A stretch of 64,000 nt of DNA from Toensbergia leucococca (taxonomy: Eukaryota), in assembly GCA_022813965.1 (NCBI GenBank), contig JALDZS010000001.1:310001-374000 (forward strand). The letters run 5' to 3'. The notes under the pieces are model-generated. The model worked only from the letters and a program-made list of their open reading frames with translations, did not search any database and was not told where the DNA came from. Of this stretch, positions 38,084-49,268 are shown in pieces (position 1 is the first letter of the stretch; each line of letters opens with the position of its first letter). Both the position numbers and the translations under genes were made by a program.

Positions 38084-39746
38084 ATGGCCCTCGATAATGA
38101 TACCCGGGGATGGATCATGACTTGCGTGAGCGGCATTGGTATTGCTTTGAAAAAACTCCCACGTGTGAGCTTTGGTGCTAATTATTTCGCAGCTTGTGTC
38201 GTAGGCTCGAGTGTCATTTGCGTCGACCTGTTCATCCAATGCATTCCAGGGAAACGCAACTTTAGAATCCAAGACAGCAATGCCTTCCTCTCATCCTCTC
38301 TGAGTCTAAGCTTTGGCGTCATGGTAAGCATTACCGTGGCTACAGATGATGCCTAACTTATTGACCCGAACTCTGTAGCTGTTCTCATCCTTGTACGGCA
38401 TGCTACCTTCGGCCAAGAACTATCTTCTTGAGGGCGGCCTATCCTCTCACGCTGCAGCATACACCCTTATTGGCTGCTTTCTGGCTGGTGTGATAGGCAT
38501 ACAGGTCGTTTCTCATTTCTTGCATCACTACATTCCCTCCCATGTGGTGGACTGCGACCACACGCATGAAGATCATGAAGAGGGCGAAGGTGGGAAAAAC
38601 TCACGGGACGAAGAAATGCATCACGACAATCATTCAAATAAGTTGAGTGGGCATGTAGCAGAAGATACGCCTTTGCTATCCCGAGGAGACTGTGGATTGA
38701 AATCGTATGAAGGGCGGCGATCAAGATCTGCCACGGAAACATTTCAAGAGCTAGGGTGGCCATCCATCGCGCGAAGGCCTTCTTTCCCAGCTCGTTTAAC
38801 GTCAAGAGTTTCAACACTAGTCCTAGGTGCAAAAGCCTCATGTGATGAAAACGGGCCTTGTAAGGGCTACAGCAGTCTGTGCGGTCAGGAATGCCTCAAA
38901 GCTGTTAATCGTAGCCCTACAAGGACATTTACTCGGCTCCCTATTCCTTCTTCTTTACGCCAACCTACCCTCTCCCGTAGTACTACAACTCCATTCTCTC
39001 ATAGCATGCGAACGCCGTTAGATTGCCTTGACGAGGAATCCAATCCAAACTCTACGGAACCAAGGACCTGCAACCATTCAGGTAAAAACAGCCATTCCAC
39101 GGACCGTGGTCAAACAAGCACCCAAAGCGATCCCGCCAATCATTCACATCCCTCTGATCCCCCCGCCAACCCCGATCTCGAAGGCGGCGAAAGGAGTCGA
39201 ACCGTTTCTACGGCGTCTACGGCCGGTCCCCCCCATGATCCCTCCCAATCCCACCACCATCACGTCCCAACAAACGCCTTTCTCTCCATCGGTCTCCAAA
39301 CATCCATCGCCATAGCTCTTCACAAGCTCCCAGAAGGCTTCATCACCTTCGCCACCAACCACGCAAACCCAGAACTCGGCTTCGCCGTCTTCCTCGCTCT
39401 CTTCATCCACAACATCACCGAAGGCTTCGCCATGGCTCTTCCCCTCTATCTTGCTCTCGGGAGCAGATGGAAAGCCATGTTCTGGAGCTCCCTGCTCGGC
39501 GGCATTAGTCAACCGCTCGGCGCCGGCGTGGCGGCCCTGTGGTTCAAGGTGGCGAGGGGAAACGACATGGCGCCTGGTCAGAAGGTATATGGAGTCATGT
39601 TTGCAGTCACGGCGGGCATCATGTCGAGTGTGGCTCTGCAGCTCTTTTCCGAGGGCTTGGACCTGACGCATAATCGGAGTCTGTGCATTGCGTTTGCGTT
39701 TGTTGGCATGGGCATCTTGGGCGTCAGTTTCGCCTTGACGGCCTGA
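38084..39746 (+). CDS. ZIP-family zinc transporter, Zrt3-like, 3 exons
   Basis: GWIMTCVSGI/ACVVGSS, SLSLSFGVM/LFSSL, His/Cys-rich loop, HHHHVP, IALHKLPEG, LFIHNITEG. Confidence 0.92.
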
Positions 39747-39999
39747 GGTATCTGCCTCTTTCCGTGCCGAGCCAATTTTGGGGATTTTGTGTCTTTGGGA
39801 CTTTGGAGTTTTGGCAGTGGTGGTGCTGGGAAATACATAGACCGGGGGAGATTCAGGGTATTTGTGCGGCGAGTAGACGGCTTTTTTTTTTGCGTTAAGA
39901 GGATATTATGACTGGGGAACTGGCGCGGTTATGATGACTGTTGTGATTGTGGGTTTGGTGTTTTGATTTTTTGATGTGTCCATCGATACCAGACTCAAT

Positions 40000-40053
40000 T
40001 TTACAAATTGATAACCTTTTACAGATTGATAACCTTATACAAATTGACAACCT
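40000..40053. repeat. Three tandem 18-bp repeats
   Basis: tttacaaattgataacct / tttacagattgataacct / tatacaaattgacaacct. Confidence 0.85.
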
Positions 40054-40386
40054 ATCAGTTGATTATATTTTGCTTCCTACCTAAATAACTGTGTTAACCT
40101 GTCTCATTTTTTCCCCTCGGAGTTTTGCGTTTGTGATCTGAGCCTTTTCCCCCTTTTTCTTTTTTTTCTCCTTTTATGAATGAAGGCATCTGACTAAATT
40201 GGGCCCTTTGTTGCTTGCCATTTTTTTTTTTCGTTTGAGGAGGTTCTTGAATGTTCTGGTTTTCATTTTTATTTCCTTGGACTTGCGAAAGTTTTTTTTT
40301 TTTTTGAAAAAGAGGTGTTTCTTGTGGTTTGTACTTTTTGGTAAATTCGGGATTTTGAATAAATGGAGGGAGGGGGGATGGGGGCA

Positions 40387-40420
40387 GTGGATGCGGAGGT
40401 TTTGTGGATGCGGAGGTTTT
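40387..40420. repeat. 17-bp direct duplication
   Basis: gtggatgcggaggtttt x2. Confidence 0.85.
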
Positions 40421-40534
40421 GTTTGCGGTTGGGTTTTTTGAGGGGGGGTTATATCGATGTTTCTATTTTCTCTATTCTACGGAATTTTTGTTTTGGTGGG
40501 ATGCTTGTGCCCTTTTGATGCGTATATATATATA

Positions 40535-41012
40535 GGGTATTGTTAATCCTACACCTCATTTTAACCTTCCCTCCCCCCCTCAATTAGAATAGTGCTCAGG
40601 CGCAAGATCATGAAGGGAAAAATTGTGATTTCACATCACATTTTTTGATTCTCTACCTCTATTGCATGTCATCTACCTCCTCAGTTGTGTGCCATTTAGT
40701 AGCAAGCTTTACCTAGGAAATCTTCATGATTTTGAAATGAGGTAGATAGCTTGCAAAATCATGATGTTTTTGCGCCCCGGGGTGAGAAAATCAAGTCAGG
40801 ATGTGATCTAAAAGCATTGATTTTCTCCTAGATAATTTGACTTCCAGATGACACGCAGATAGAACACATAAATGGCTTGCGTAGAGGTAGAGAATCAAGT
40901 ACAAATGTGATGTGAAATCGCGATTTTTCCCTCCGTGATCTTGCGCCCGAGCACTATTCTAGTTGAGGGGGGGAAGGGAAGGTCCAAATGGGGTGTAGGA
41001 TTAGCAATATTC
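40535..41012. mobile_element. Non-autonomous foldback element/MITE, about 480 bp with about 130-bp imperfect terminal inverted repeats
   Basis: 40535-40661 (gggtattgttaatcctacacctc..tagaatagtgctcaggcgcaagatc..gatttcacatcacattt..gattctctacctcta) is the reverse complement of 40882-41012 apart from scattered changes. No ORF and no clear TSD. Confidence 0.85.
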
Positions 41013-41398
41013 ATTGATAAAATCTGAAAATGTCAGATAATGTAACTCAACAAATAACTCAAGCGCGGTATGTATGGGGGTGGATACAAGGGTAAAGCTT
41101 TCAAATATGTAACATGTCTGAGGGCTTGGCAATAACTCGGTAACTCAGAAAATAACGTTCCCCTTCTACACGTAATTTCAAAAAGTAGGTTTAAACTTTT
41201 GGTGGTGGTCTGCTTCGTAGTGGCTGCTTAGTTGCTCCTTCCGGATGCAGCTAGCTAGCAGTTAGTACTTAGAGCAGATCGTGCTCCTCAGAAAATCTAC
41301 ACCATTCCACCTCTGCACCGGACCAATCATCTATTTTTCTGCGGCTCCATTACTAAGCTAGATTGTTCGTCACGCCGTCTCACGAGAACCTCCCGAAT

Positions 41399-42580
41399 AT
41401 GAGCAAACGACGCATTACCGACGATGGAGTCGAATATATCGGTACACCGCTCAGTTCCATTACGGAAGCTCAGCTTGCCGCATTACAAAGAGCTCGATCT
41501 ACATTACCTCTCGGCCTGGAAAGCTTGTCGCCGCTCCTCGAGAGTATTCTAGCTGCCTATGGAGAAGTAGTGCCTCCACACAGAAGACCAATCGCAGTGA
41601 GCACTTAACTTCAGCGCTGGGTGAGGTAATCACTAACGTTCTGCGCAGACCCGCACTGCGACAGATCTGAGGGGGACTACAGAGGCCGCTACCATTCTTG
41701 GTGTTGATTATAAGCCTAACTCAATGGACTTTGTCCTCGAGCTCAAGGAGAACGAGCAGGAAGTACCAGAGATGAACCCACATTATGGTATGGACGAGTA
41801 ATTCCCAAAGAACACTTGGGACCATAATAACGTATGGTAGCTGCCGTAATTGAGGACCTCAAAACAAATCAATACGTCTGCTCGCGCACTGATGAAGCAA
41901 TGACGCGGACCATTCTAGATCTGGTCCTCGTTGATCGCCTGAACCAGCTCAAAGACATGGATGTATCCCGCCGACTACTCCTCTCCGCAGAAGTACCAGT
42001 GTCAGTGAAATATGTCGATGAGCACGGCAAGCCTACACTTCTAAAGGGACGTGCAGACTGGGCTCTAGGTTATGGGACAGATAAGAGAAACACCGGGTCC
42101 TTGCTCATCATCGTGGAGGCAAAGCCAGCGGGAAACGCGTCGGTCGGAATGCCTCAGATGTTAGTATGTATGGCCGCCATACAAGATGCAAGACAAGATC
42201 GGACAAACAAAACAGTATTCGGCATGCTGTCAGATGGCACAAATTATACGTTTGCCTGTCTTAACAATAACAAGAGGCTTCTCATCTCCCGCAATTTCCA
42301 ATGGCTGTTCGATCGACAAACAATTTTACGGCACATCGATTGCATCCTTCTTGACGCCATACAATCTTCCCCTCATACCACCCCTGTAAAGCTCAAAAAT
42401 TCGAACATATGCAGATATACGCGGTATCTCCAAGGATCCTGGAAGTTTGGCGAAGATTCGGATGATGAGGGAGAGGAGGGTGACGAGAACGATGAAGAAG
42501 AAGATCTGGTCGATGTCATCGAAAGGGACGGTCACATCTTTCTCAGAACAAAAAAAGTGCTTGACATTTCATTTCCTTAA
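41399..42580 (+). CDS. PD-(D/E)xK restriction-endonuclease-fold protein, about 358 aa; exons 41399-41596, 41649-41787, 41841-42580
   Basis: AEVPV..KGRADWALG..IIVEAK..PQML..VFGMLSDGTNYTF matches the E..D..ExK..Q pattern followed by G-x-x-[ST]-D-G seen in fungal REase-fold proteins. Both introns are GT-AG and keep frame; acidic C-terminal tail. Confidence 0.72.
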
Positions 42581-43306
42581 TAAATACTGCTACCCGTCAA
42601 AAAAGGTAATACAAAAAAGGACTTTAGTGGGGTAAGACTCTTGCTGGTACTGTTGCACCTTATTACCCGGTTTTTACAGTTGCACTCTCAGCCTCGAGCC
42701 ATTTCTTTTCACATTTCAAAAAACGTTCCAACGTTATGCACGGCTTTAGATCGAGCCCGCGAGCTTCGCGAGACGAGATAAATACCAGCATAAAATCAAT
42801 TCTCCGCACGACAGAAGAGCGAAACCATCTATATAGACTACAACGTGCTGGAGCCTTTTTTTTTTTTGGCTTGAGCTGCAGACGCTTCCCCTACTATTGT
42901 ATCGGCATTTCCAAGCGATTGCATACGAAGCTGCCGTGTGTAGACATTTGCTGGTAGGATCAGTAATAGGCTACCGACTCTAGACAGGATTTTTCTTGAC
43001 AATATTGAAGAGATGTATGTGAGTTGAAGCGGTTATACAGATTTCATTGCGCTTTTAGGGTCTTTAAAAGGAAGCAGTAAGCCAGCAAGGAGGGCATCAA
43101 CGTTATCAAAATAAGTCTACCTTCTTGCTGGTGTCTTGCCAACGGCGATGCTGTTTATCCGTCACTGAAGGTGCAGTCAGGGAGCAGGGGAAGCTGAATA
43201 TGTCGAGCAACAACGAGAGCAGCTCAAGCCGATGTTGATGGAGCCATTTGAGGCTCCTACTTGCTGCACCCCTGCACTGCCCTTTCATGGTTCCCCTGCT
43301 CTCCCC

Positions 43307-43391
43307 TGCTCCCTCATTGCTCCCTCATTGCTCCCTCATTGCTCCCTCATTGCTCCCTCATTGCTCCCTCGTGCTCCCTCGGTGCTCCCTC
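43307..43391. repeat. 11-bp tandem repeat (TGCTCCCTCAT), 5 perfect plus 3 variant units
   Basis: Read directly; a degenerate inverted copy lies at about 43164-43192. Confidence 0.92.
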
Positions 43392-43453
43392 TAAAGCGGC
43401 CCTGCGCCCTTTCCCGTCCTGGAACGGCAATCTTGAATCCTAAGCTCGGGGTG

Positions 43454-43458
<5 letters not shown>

Positions 43459-43488
<30 letters not shown>
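43459..43488. repeat. (TA)n microsatellite
   Basis: About 15 TA units. Confidence 0.92.
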
Positions 43489-43490
<2 letters not shown>

Positions 43491-46400
43491 ACTCCAGGAG
43501 TCCCACTCGTGGAAAACATGGCTGTTTGTATCTAGGTTGAGGATTTCTTTTACCTAGATGAAAGATTGAGGAAATGGGTTCAGAGGGTTTGGGGTTGGGG
43601 AGGGATATGGGTGTTGATTTGGGTGGTTTTTTGGGGGGGGATGGGATAGGGTTGTGAGGCTTTTTTGTGCAAGATGGGTTGGAAGATATGGTTTGGGAAT
43701 AGAGGGTTTCTTTTCTTGTCTTTTTGTTGGATGATTTTCTTTTTTTGGGGGGGGGGGGGTCCAGTGGTCGGTCTTGGGGCCACCTTTGTACACAGTTAAT
43801 AATGCTCTTTTGCACAAGCTGGGCCTTTGTTGATGAAGCCGCCCGAGCGAAGTTTGTGGGGCCCGAGTCTTTGTTTTGCTATTCCTTATCTCTTTCTTTT
43901 TCGGTTGGATGTCACAAATTTTATAGGTATGGGTCCAACAGTAAAGTTTCTCGTACAGAGGGAGATGTACACCTCCAGCCCCTGAATTGAGCCAGGTTAC
44001 ATGACTCTCTTTTCATAACCGCACGACGGGGTCTCCATTCCAGCCGGATTACATTAACGATTCCCCTCCTTTAGAACTTCAGGATTAAGAAAACACCTCC
44101 AGAGGAGATCCCTCCTATGTGAGCGGACAAAGATTGAGTCATTCTCTCCCCCCTGCAAGACCTCCGGACAAGCATGACAAGGCTTCTCGTTCAAAGCATT
44201 TGACAATGATGTAAACACTGCTGAGAAAACGAGAGCTTGCTCAGAGCATCATGATTAGCGTTCGTGCTCGGTCGGTTTATATCTGTTGTATTGCAGAGCG
44301 AGGCTATGGATAGCGTCCTGGGGGAATTTATACCCTCCCCTGACTGAGCTTGGAAAAGAAAGTAAACACGCGTAATTCAAAAACAAGCAAGGCAAGACCT
44401 TTTCTTGAAAAAGCCAGAGAAGTACATCTGAGGCCGTTTCGATCGGGAGAGGTCGGGGGCTGAGGAATCATTTTCTCGAGAAGAGGATTTATGATGTTGA
44501 TTTTTCCAGATTAAGATGTCTGACTGGAAGGAAAAATTCGCATCGGCGAAAATTATATCGTACATGCTCGTCGGAAGAGAGTATTAGGAATAGAATTTGA
44601 GACCCAAGAGCTCGGTGTCAGAGCCCTCAAATCCCAAAAACTGATCAATCATACAGCTAAAACGCCCTGCCAGGGATCCAATCTCTCCAGCACACAAACA
44701 ATCAGGCAATAGAAATTTAGAAAATGTTATTGATCACATGCGGAAGCAACCTTAAAGCACTTGGACGCAAGTGCAGTGAGCCTTTTTAAGATAGCTCCGG
44801 GAAGATTGTTACGCGAAGAAAGCAGGAACCCGAATTAACGAGGCTGGGGAACTCCTACTTAGGAGTGGACAGATCCGTTGTTTGAAGTAGTGGAGTCTGA
44901 GAATGCTGTCTGTGCTTGGGCCGGAGATGGACGTTTGATGTGAGTGGTTTACTTGACTTCATTATGGCCAAGGCACGATGCAAAACACCATGACTTAATC
45001 GTCTATGGGAAGCACAACACGATGAGGATTGATCGTTTCGCTGTGTTCTTGTCCTTTTTCCGTTTCGTTTTCAATCGGGGCATCCCAAGAATCTTAAACT
45101 AATAGAAACATTTCGTTTAGATCATGTAATTCTTGGGAACGGATTCCATTCAGGTATTGTGGTATCTGGATTGTGTATGCAGCGTCTAGACTCATTATTG
45201 AGTGGGCTTTCTAGCCGTAGGTGTATGACAGAGGGGATGATCAAATTTAGATTAAGGGTTAGGCAATGGGATGTGTGGTTGTGGGACTGAGGAAGGGGTT
45301 ACTCGGTGGGGACAACAGAAATCGGGTAGGAATGGGAGATGTTTGTTGGTGGGAGATGTGAGCAATACTGGAAGATGTTTAATGTCTACTCAGGCCCTGA
45401 ATAGAGTAGGGGTTCTGAAAAGTAGGAAACAAAATACTTGTGAGTGAGATGCAGCTTGTGACTTGGTTGTGCTGGAGCGTTTGTCATATCATTTGATCCG
45501 GGGGAACACGAGATTTTCAAGGGGAACAACAGAATGTTGTTGAGGGAGTTATTTGGTTCGTAGGAAGTTGATCGTTTCTACGCTCTGACGCTTCGAAGCG
45601 ATGAGGCTTAACTGTATGGACTTAGTGGATCGGTGGACAGAAGATACAGGGACTTGAGGGGAAAACTACCTATGGTGAGTTTTGGTCAGCTCACTATGGG
45701 CTTTGAAATATTGTGGTTTGGGGCTTGGAGGACGAAGAAGGGCTGCAGGAGTGAAGGATTGAGGGGAGTTTATAGAGTGTTGGGGTAGAAATGAAACGGT
45801 GTCTTCCTTTCCGTTTCCTTGTGGCTTTATGCCGTTTCCTAGAACGTGGATACTCCTGCGGAGGCTTGATGACTCCGGCCCAGGCACCACAAGGAAGCGA
45901 GAGAGGAAAAGCTTTCCCGAAGCGGATATCTTGGTCCGTTTTGTAAAGCAAATGGCTTGATATTTTCCAAAACGCATAAACGAGAATGCTCTCTAGGCAT
46001 TGGATCGATCTCGGAGAGCATTCTTTGGATTAGATTTTTGAGTTCGTGATTTTGTAGCGGCCGTAGCTTTGAAAAGCAGATTGTAAAATAAGGGCCTTCA
46101 AAATGTGTAGAGCGGATCTTAGATGCAAGGTGGGAGAGGAGTGAAGCTGTCCTCATCCACTGATCAATTTCATTAGATGAGTCCAACCACAAAAGCGAGT
46201 GTCCCCATCGCAGAGCAAACACTGCAAGCACTTGGAGGATCTAAAGAGAGCCACAAATAAGTGGCCGCATGGAATAGACATCATCTGCCAACAAGAGAAG
46301 TTTCCGTAATAGAAGATTGCGTATTCTCAGCGTCCAAAGCCTTGTCGTGCCGTTCGCACTGGCGCTGCCCTTATCCCTAATCTTGGCAGAAAGCCGGCAA

Positions 46401-48082
46401 GCCGTCTTTAGTCATTACCAGCATCGTCTAAGCGCCCTCGCGTGCAAGATCCCTGGTTTTTACTTTTGGATGGAGCGGAGCGGAGCATGGTCGATGAATC
46501 ATGACGTTGAACTCGCAACGAGACAGGAGCAGTGTTCAGTGTGCTGGGATGGGAATAAAGGCAAATGCATCGAATAGGCCAACAAAGCATAGACGAATTA
46601 GGTAGGTAGTAGTGGTGGTAAAGCAGGAGACACACAACGGTGCTTGTCTTACCCATTACACTAGTTCTACTCCCAACATCCAGCGGGAGGGAGACGGGGA
46701 TTAAAGTAGAGTGGCACTCTCGCGGCAAGACTTGGAGCATCTCCGATGCCAAAACCCTTGCGCAAACTGTACTATGATGCATCTTGATCGTGGCTTCAAG
46801 GTTCTGCACACGTTGCCAACGTCCATCTCCGCTTCCCATTTCCCCATTCTTCATTTTTTCTTCTCCCGTGTTCTGTCTCCCATTTGCCTTTCCAACGAGG
46901 GCCAACCGTTGCTGCACAGCGGAGATGTAGCTCGATCCGACAATCAAATGACGACGATGGACCATGTACCTTGTCGCAATCCCCCATTGGGCTGGACTAT
47001 GACTGTATCTGGAGATTTCCCCACGGCTCAGCTTGCGTCGAACCGGGATTTCACCACCTTCCGGTCATGTATCAAAAATTCCAAATGGCTTGTGGCGTCT
47101 TAGCCCCGTTGATCCCCAAGAGGCAAGAAAAGGTCACTCAGGTCCTTGCCTTAACTACCTAGAAGTAGGTAGAAACGGTATGAATAGAACTACCTACCGA
47201 GCCTACTTGCCTAGAAAATGCACCTAGAAGAAAGTCCCTGCTCCTGCTAAGATATCTACCCTCGCTACCTACCTACCCACCGTGCCTACCTTCCTTTCGG
47301 CCTCGGCTGAGCTTGTCTTATTACGGTGCTTGGATCCAAGCCGCGCCTAGAGCTAGCTGATGGAAGATATATTGCGTGTAACAAGAACCACGACAGCTGA
47401 ACCGGCGGCACTTCTGCACACGATCCTCGTCACCATCGTGGCAATTGAAAATATACGGCCCGCCCTGATCCAAGCTAAGACATTGCCCAATGAAGCCTGA
47501 CAGTCTCTCCAAATGATAGCGAGTATCGCCGTCAATGGTCAAGCCGTTACCACAGCTCGCCTAGCATCTACACAAATTGAATAGAGAGCTGCACGTTTTT
47601 CACTTCGTGAAACCATAATCTTCGCCGTCACTCCTGTTGCTACTATCACTAGTCACCAGAATCAATGAAGCTAACTTCAATGACCAAACCAATAATTCTG
47701 TATAGTTAGGGTAGCTTTTAATACTACCTATCTAAGACGAGGGTAAACATTTCATGCATCTTGACCGAAGTAGACGTGGTCGTATCATTCGTTCTTTCAT
47801 TCACACCTACTCCTTGCCCTGGAAATCCTTTCGCAAAAGACACTCTTTGTTGCCAATAGACTGGTCTGTATGAAAATTCCAGCACACCCAAACCTGCGCC
47901 GGGCCGGCCAATGCTCTTGGGAGCAAGACTTGCATGACGCTTCTGCCGAAGCCCCCCTGTTCATCAAGGAATAGACAATGCACTTAAAAAGCTACCCCAA
48001 TCGAACTGGTGCGTGTGCTGAACATTGCCTTTCTTGTCATAGGTCAGAGACTGATATTCTGACCCGAATCGAGGGCAACGTA

Positions 48083-49268
48083 TCACTTGTTCACCGACTG
48101 TGAAGCCTTTTCGCGCGGCCTTTGACTGGGCTTACTTTTAGTGTCTCTCAGCTTCAACTTGTTCTCTGCCTGAGCTTGCTTTGTCAACTCGGGCAGACTA
48201 CGGCGCCTAGCATTGATGAACCAGTTGCTGATCTGAACGAGGAGTTAGTTGAATCTCCATGGAAGATGGCGGACGGAAATTCAAGCAAACCTGGTTGATT
48301 GTTAGACCGGTCTGTTCCATCAGGTCCTGTTTCTGTTGTTCATCAGGATACGGATGGCTGAGATGCTCATGAAACCACGTTCTCAGTAGATCCGTCACCC
48401 ATTTGGGTAGATTTCCGCGGCGCCGCTTCTGAAGGCCATCGCCGTACTCGCTCTCTACTTGGAAATCTATAGGAGCCACAGCTTTTCCGTTACTGCTCAA
48501 GAATGGAGACCGGTCCGATTGGGGGTTACTTGAGAGGGAGAATGTTCGAGCCGGCAGGTCTTCATGGCGCGGATAAGGCGAAAGCTCTACGGAAGATACA
48601 CTGTAGCCTTGGCTCAGTGGAGGGGTCGGTATTGGGTCATAATACGTTCTGTTATGCTGATGATGTTCCTCGCCGTATGAGGACATCCGTCCTGCTGGAC
48701 CATTGCCAAACAGTGAAGGTAGATTACGTGGATCAGAGGTTTCTTTCACTGAGGTGCGTAATTCGGACAATTTCCGAGGAACTGGGCTTCCACGTACTGA
48801 TCCTGGGTACGAGGTAGCTGGTGATACTGGAGCTAGACTCATGCGTCTATTAGAAAACTCTGAAGATGAAGAAGAGCCATTGCTTCGAGTAGGAGGCCCA
48901 GGAAGGATCGCTAGCTGTATCTCTGACCGGACGTCGCAATCGCTGGAGGTTCGGTAAGTAGAACGGGTCTGAAGACCGTTTGCCAAGGAGTCAACACCTA
49001 GAGAAAGTCGGTTTCTGCTGACAGATTGAGGCGTATGGCCAAGCGATCGAGTTCCTGGGACTTGACTCGGGCCCCTTGGGGAATTTTGGAGGGCACGAGA
49101 GTAGGTCGATAAATTGTCCCATGGGTGAGTGTCTCGATATTCAGGCACTGCCTGGTAAGACAGTATTAGCTCTGCATCAAATGACTTCTTGTCGCAAGAG
49201 GCATTCACCTCGACCAGAGGCGGCAATCGAGTAGGACCTCTATTGTTTTCTCGGAAGAGGGAGTCCAT
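48083..49268 (-). CDS. TALE-class (KN-type) homeodomain transcription factor, Cup9/Tos8-like
   Basis: KRRRGNLPKWVTDLLRTWFHEHLSHPYPDEQQKQDLMEQTGLTINQ / intron 48290-48233 / ISNWFINARRR. Probable 57-nt intron 49208-49152. An additional 5' exon cannot be excluded. Confidence 0.92.

Noticed and set aside
43307..43391. Possible CRISPR-like array
   Set aside because: Head-to-tail 11-mers with no spacers, in a eukaryotic genome with no cas genes.
43449..43456. GGGGTGTA shared with the MITE right arm as a candidate outer terminus
   Set aside because: Only 8 bp; flanking sequence does not align.
45666..47542. Several 60-185 aa ORFs downstream of the homeobox gene
   Set aside because: No recognisable domains or consistent splice structure; cannot be supported as genes.
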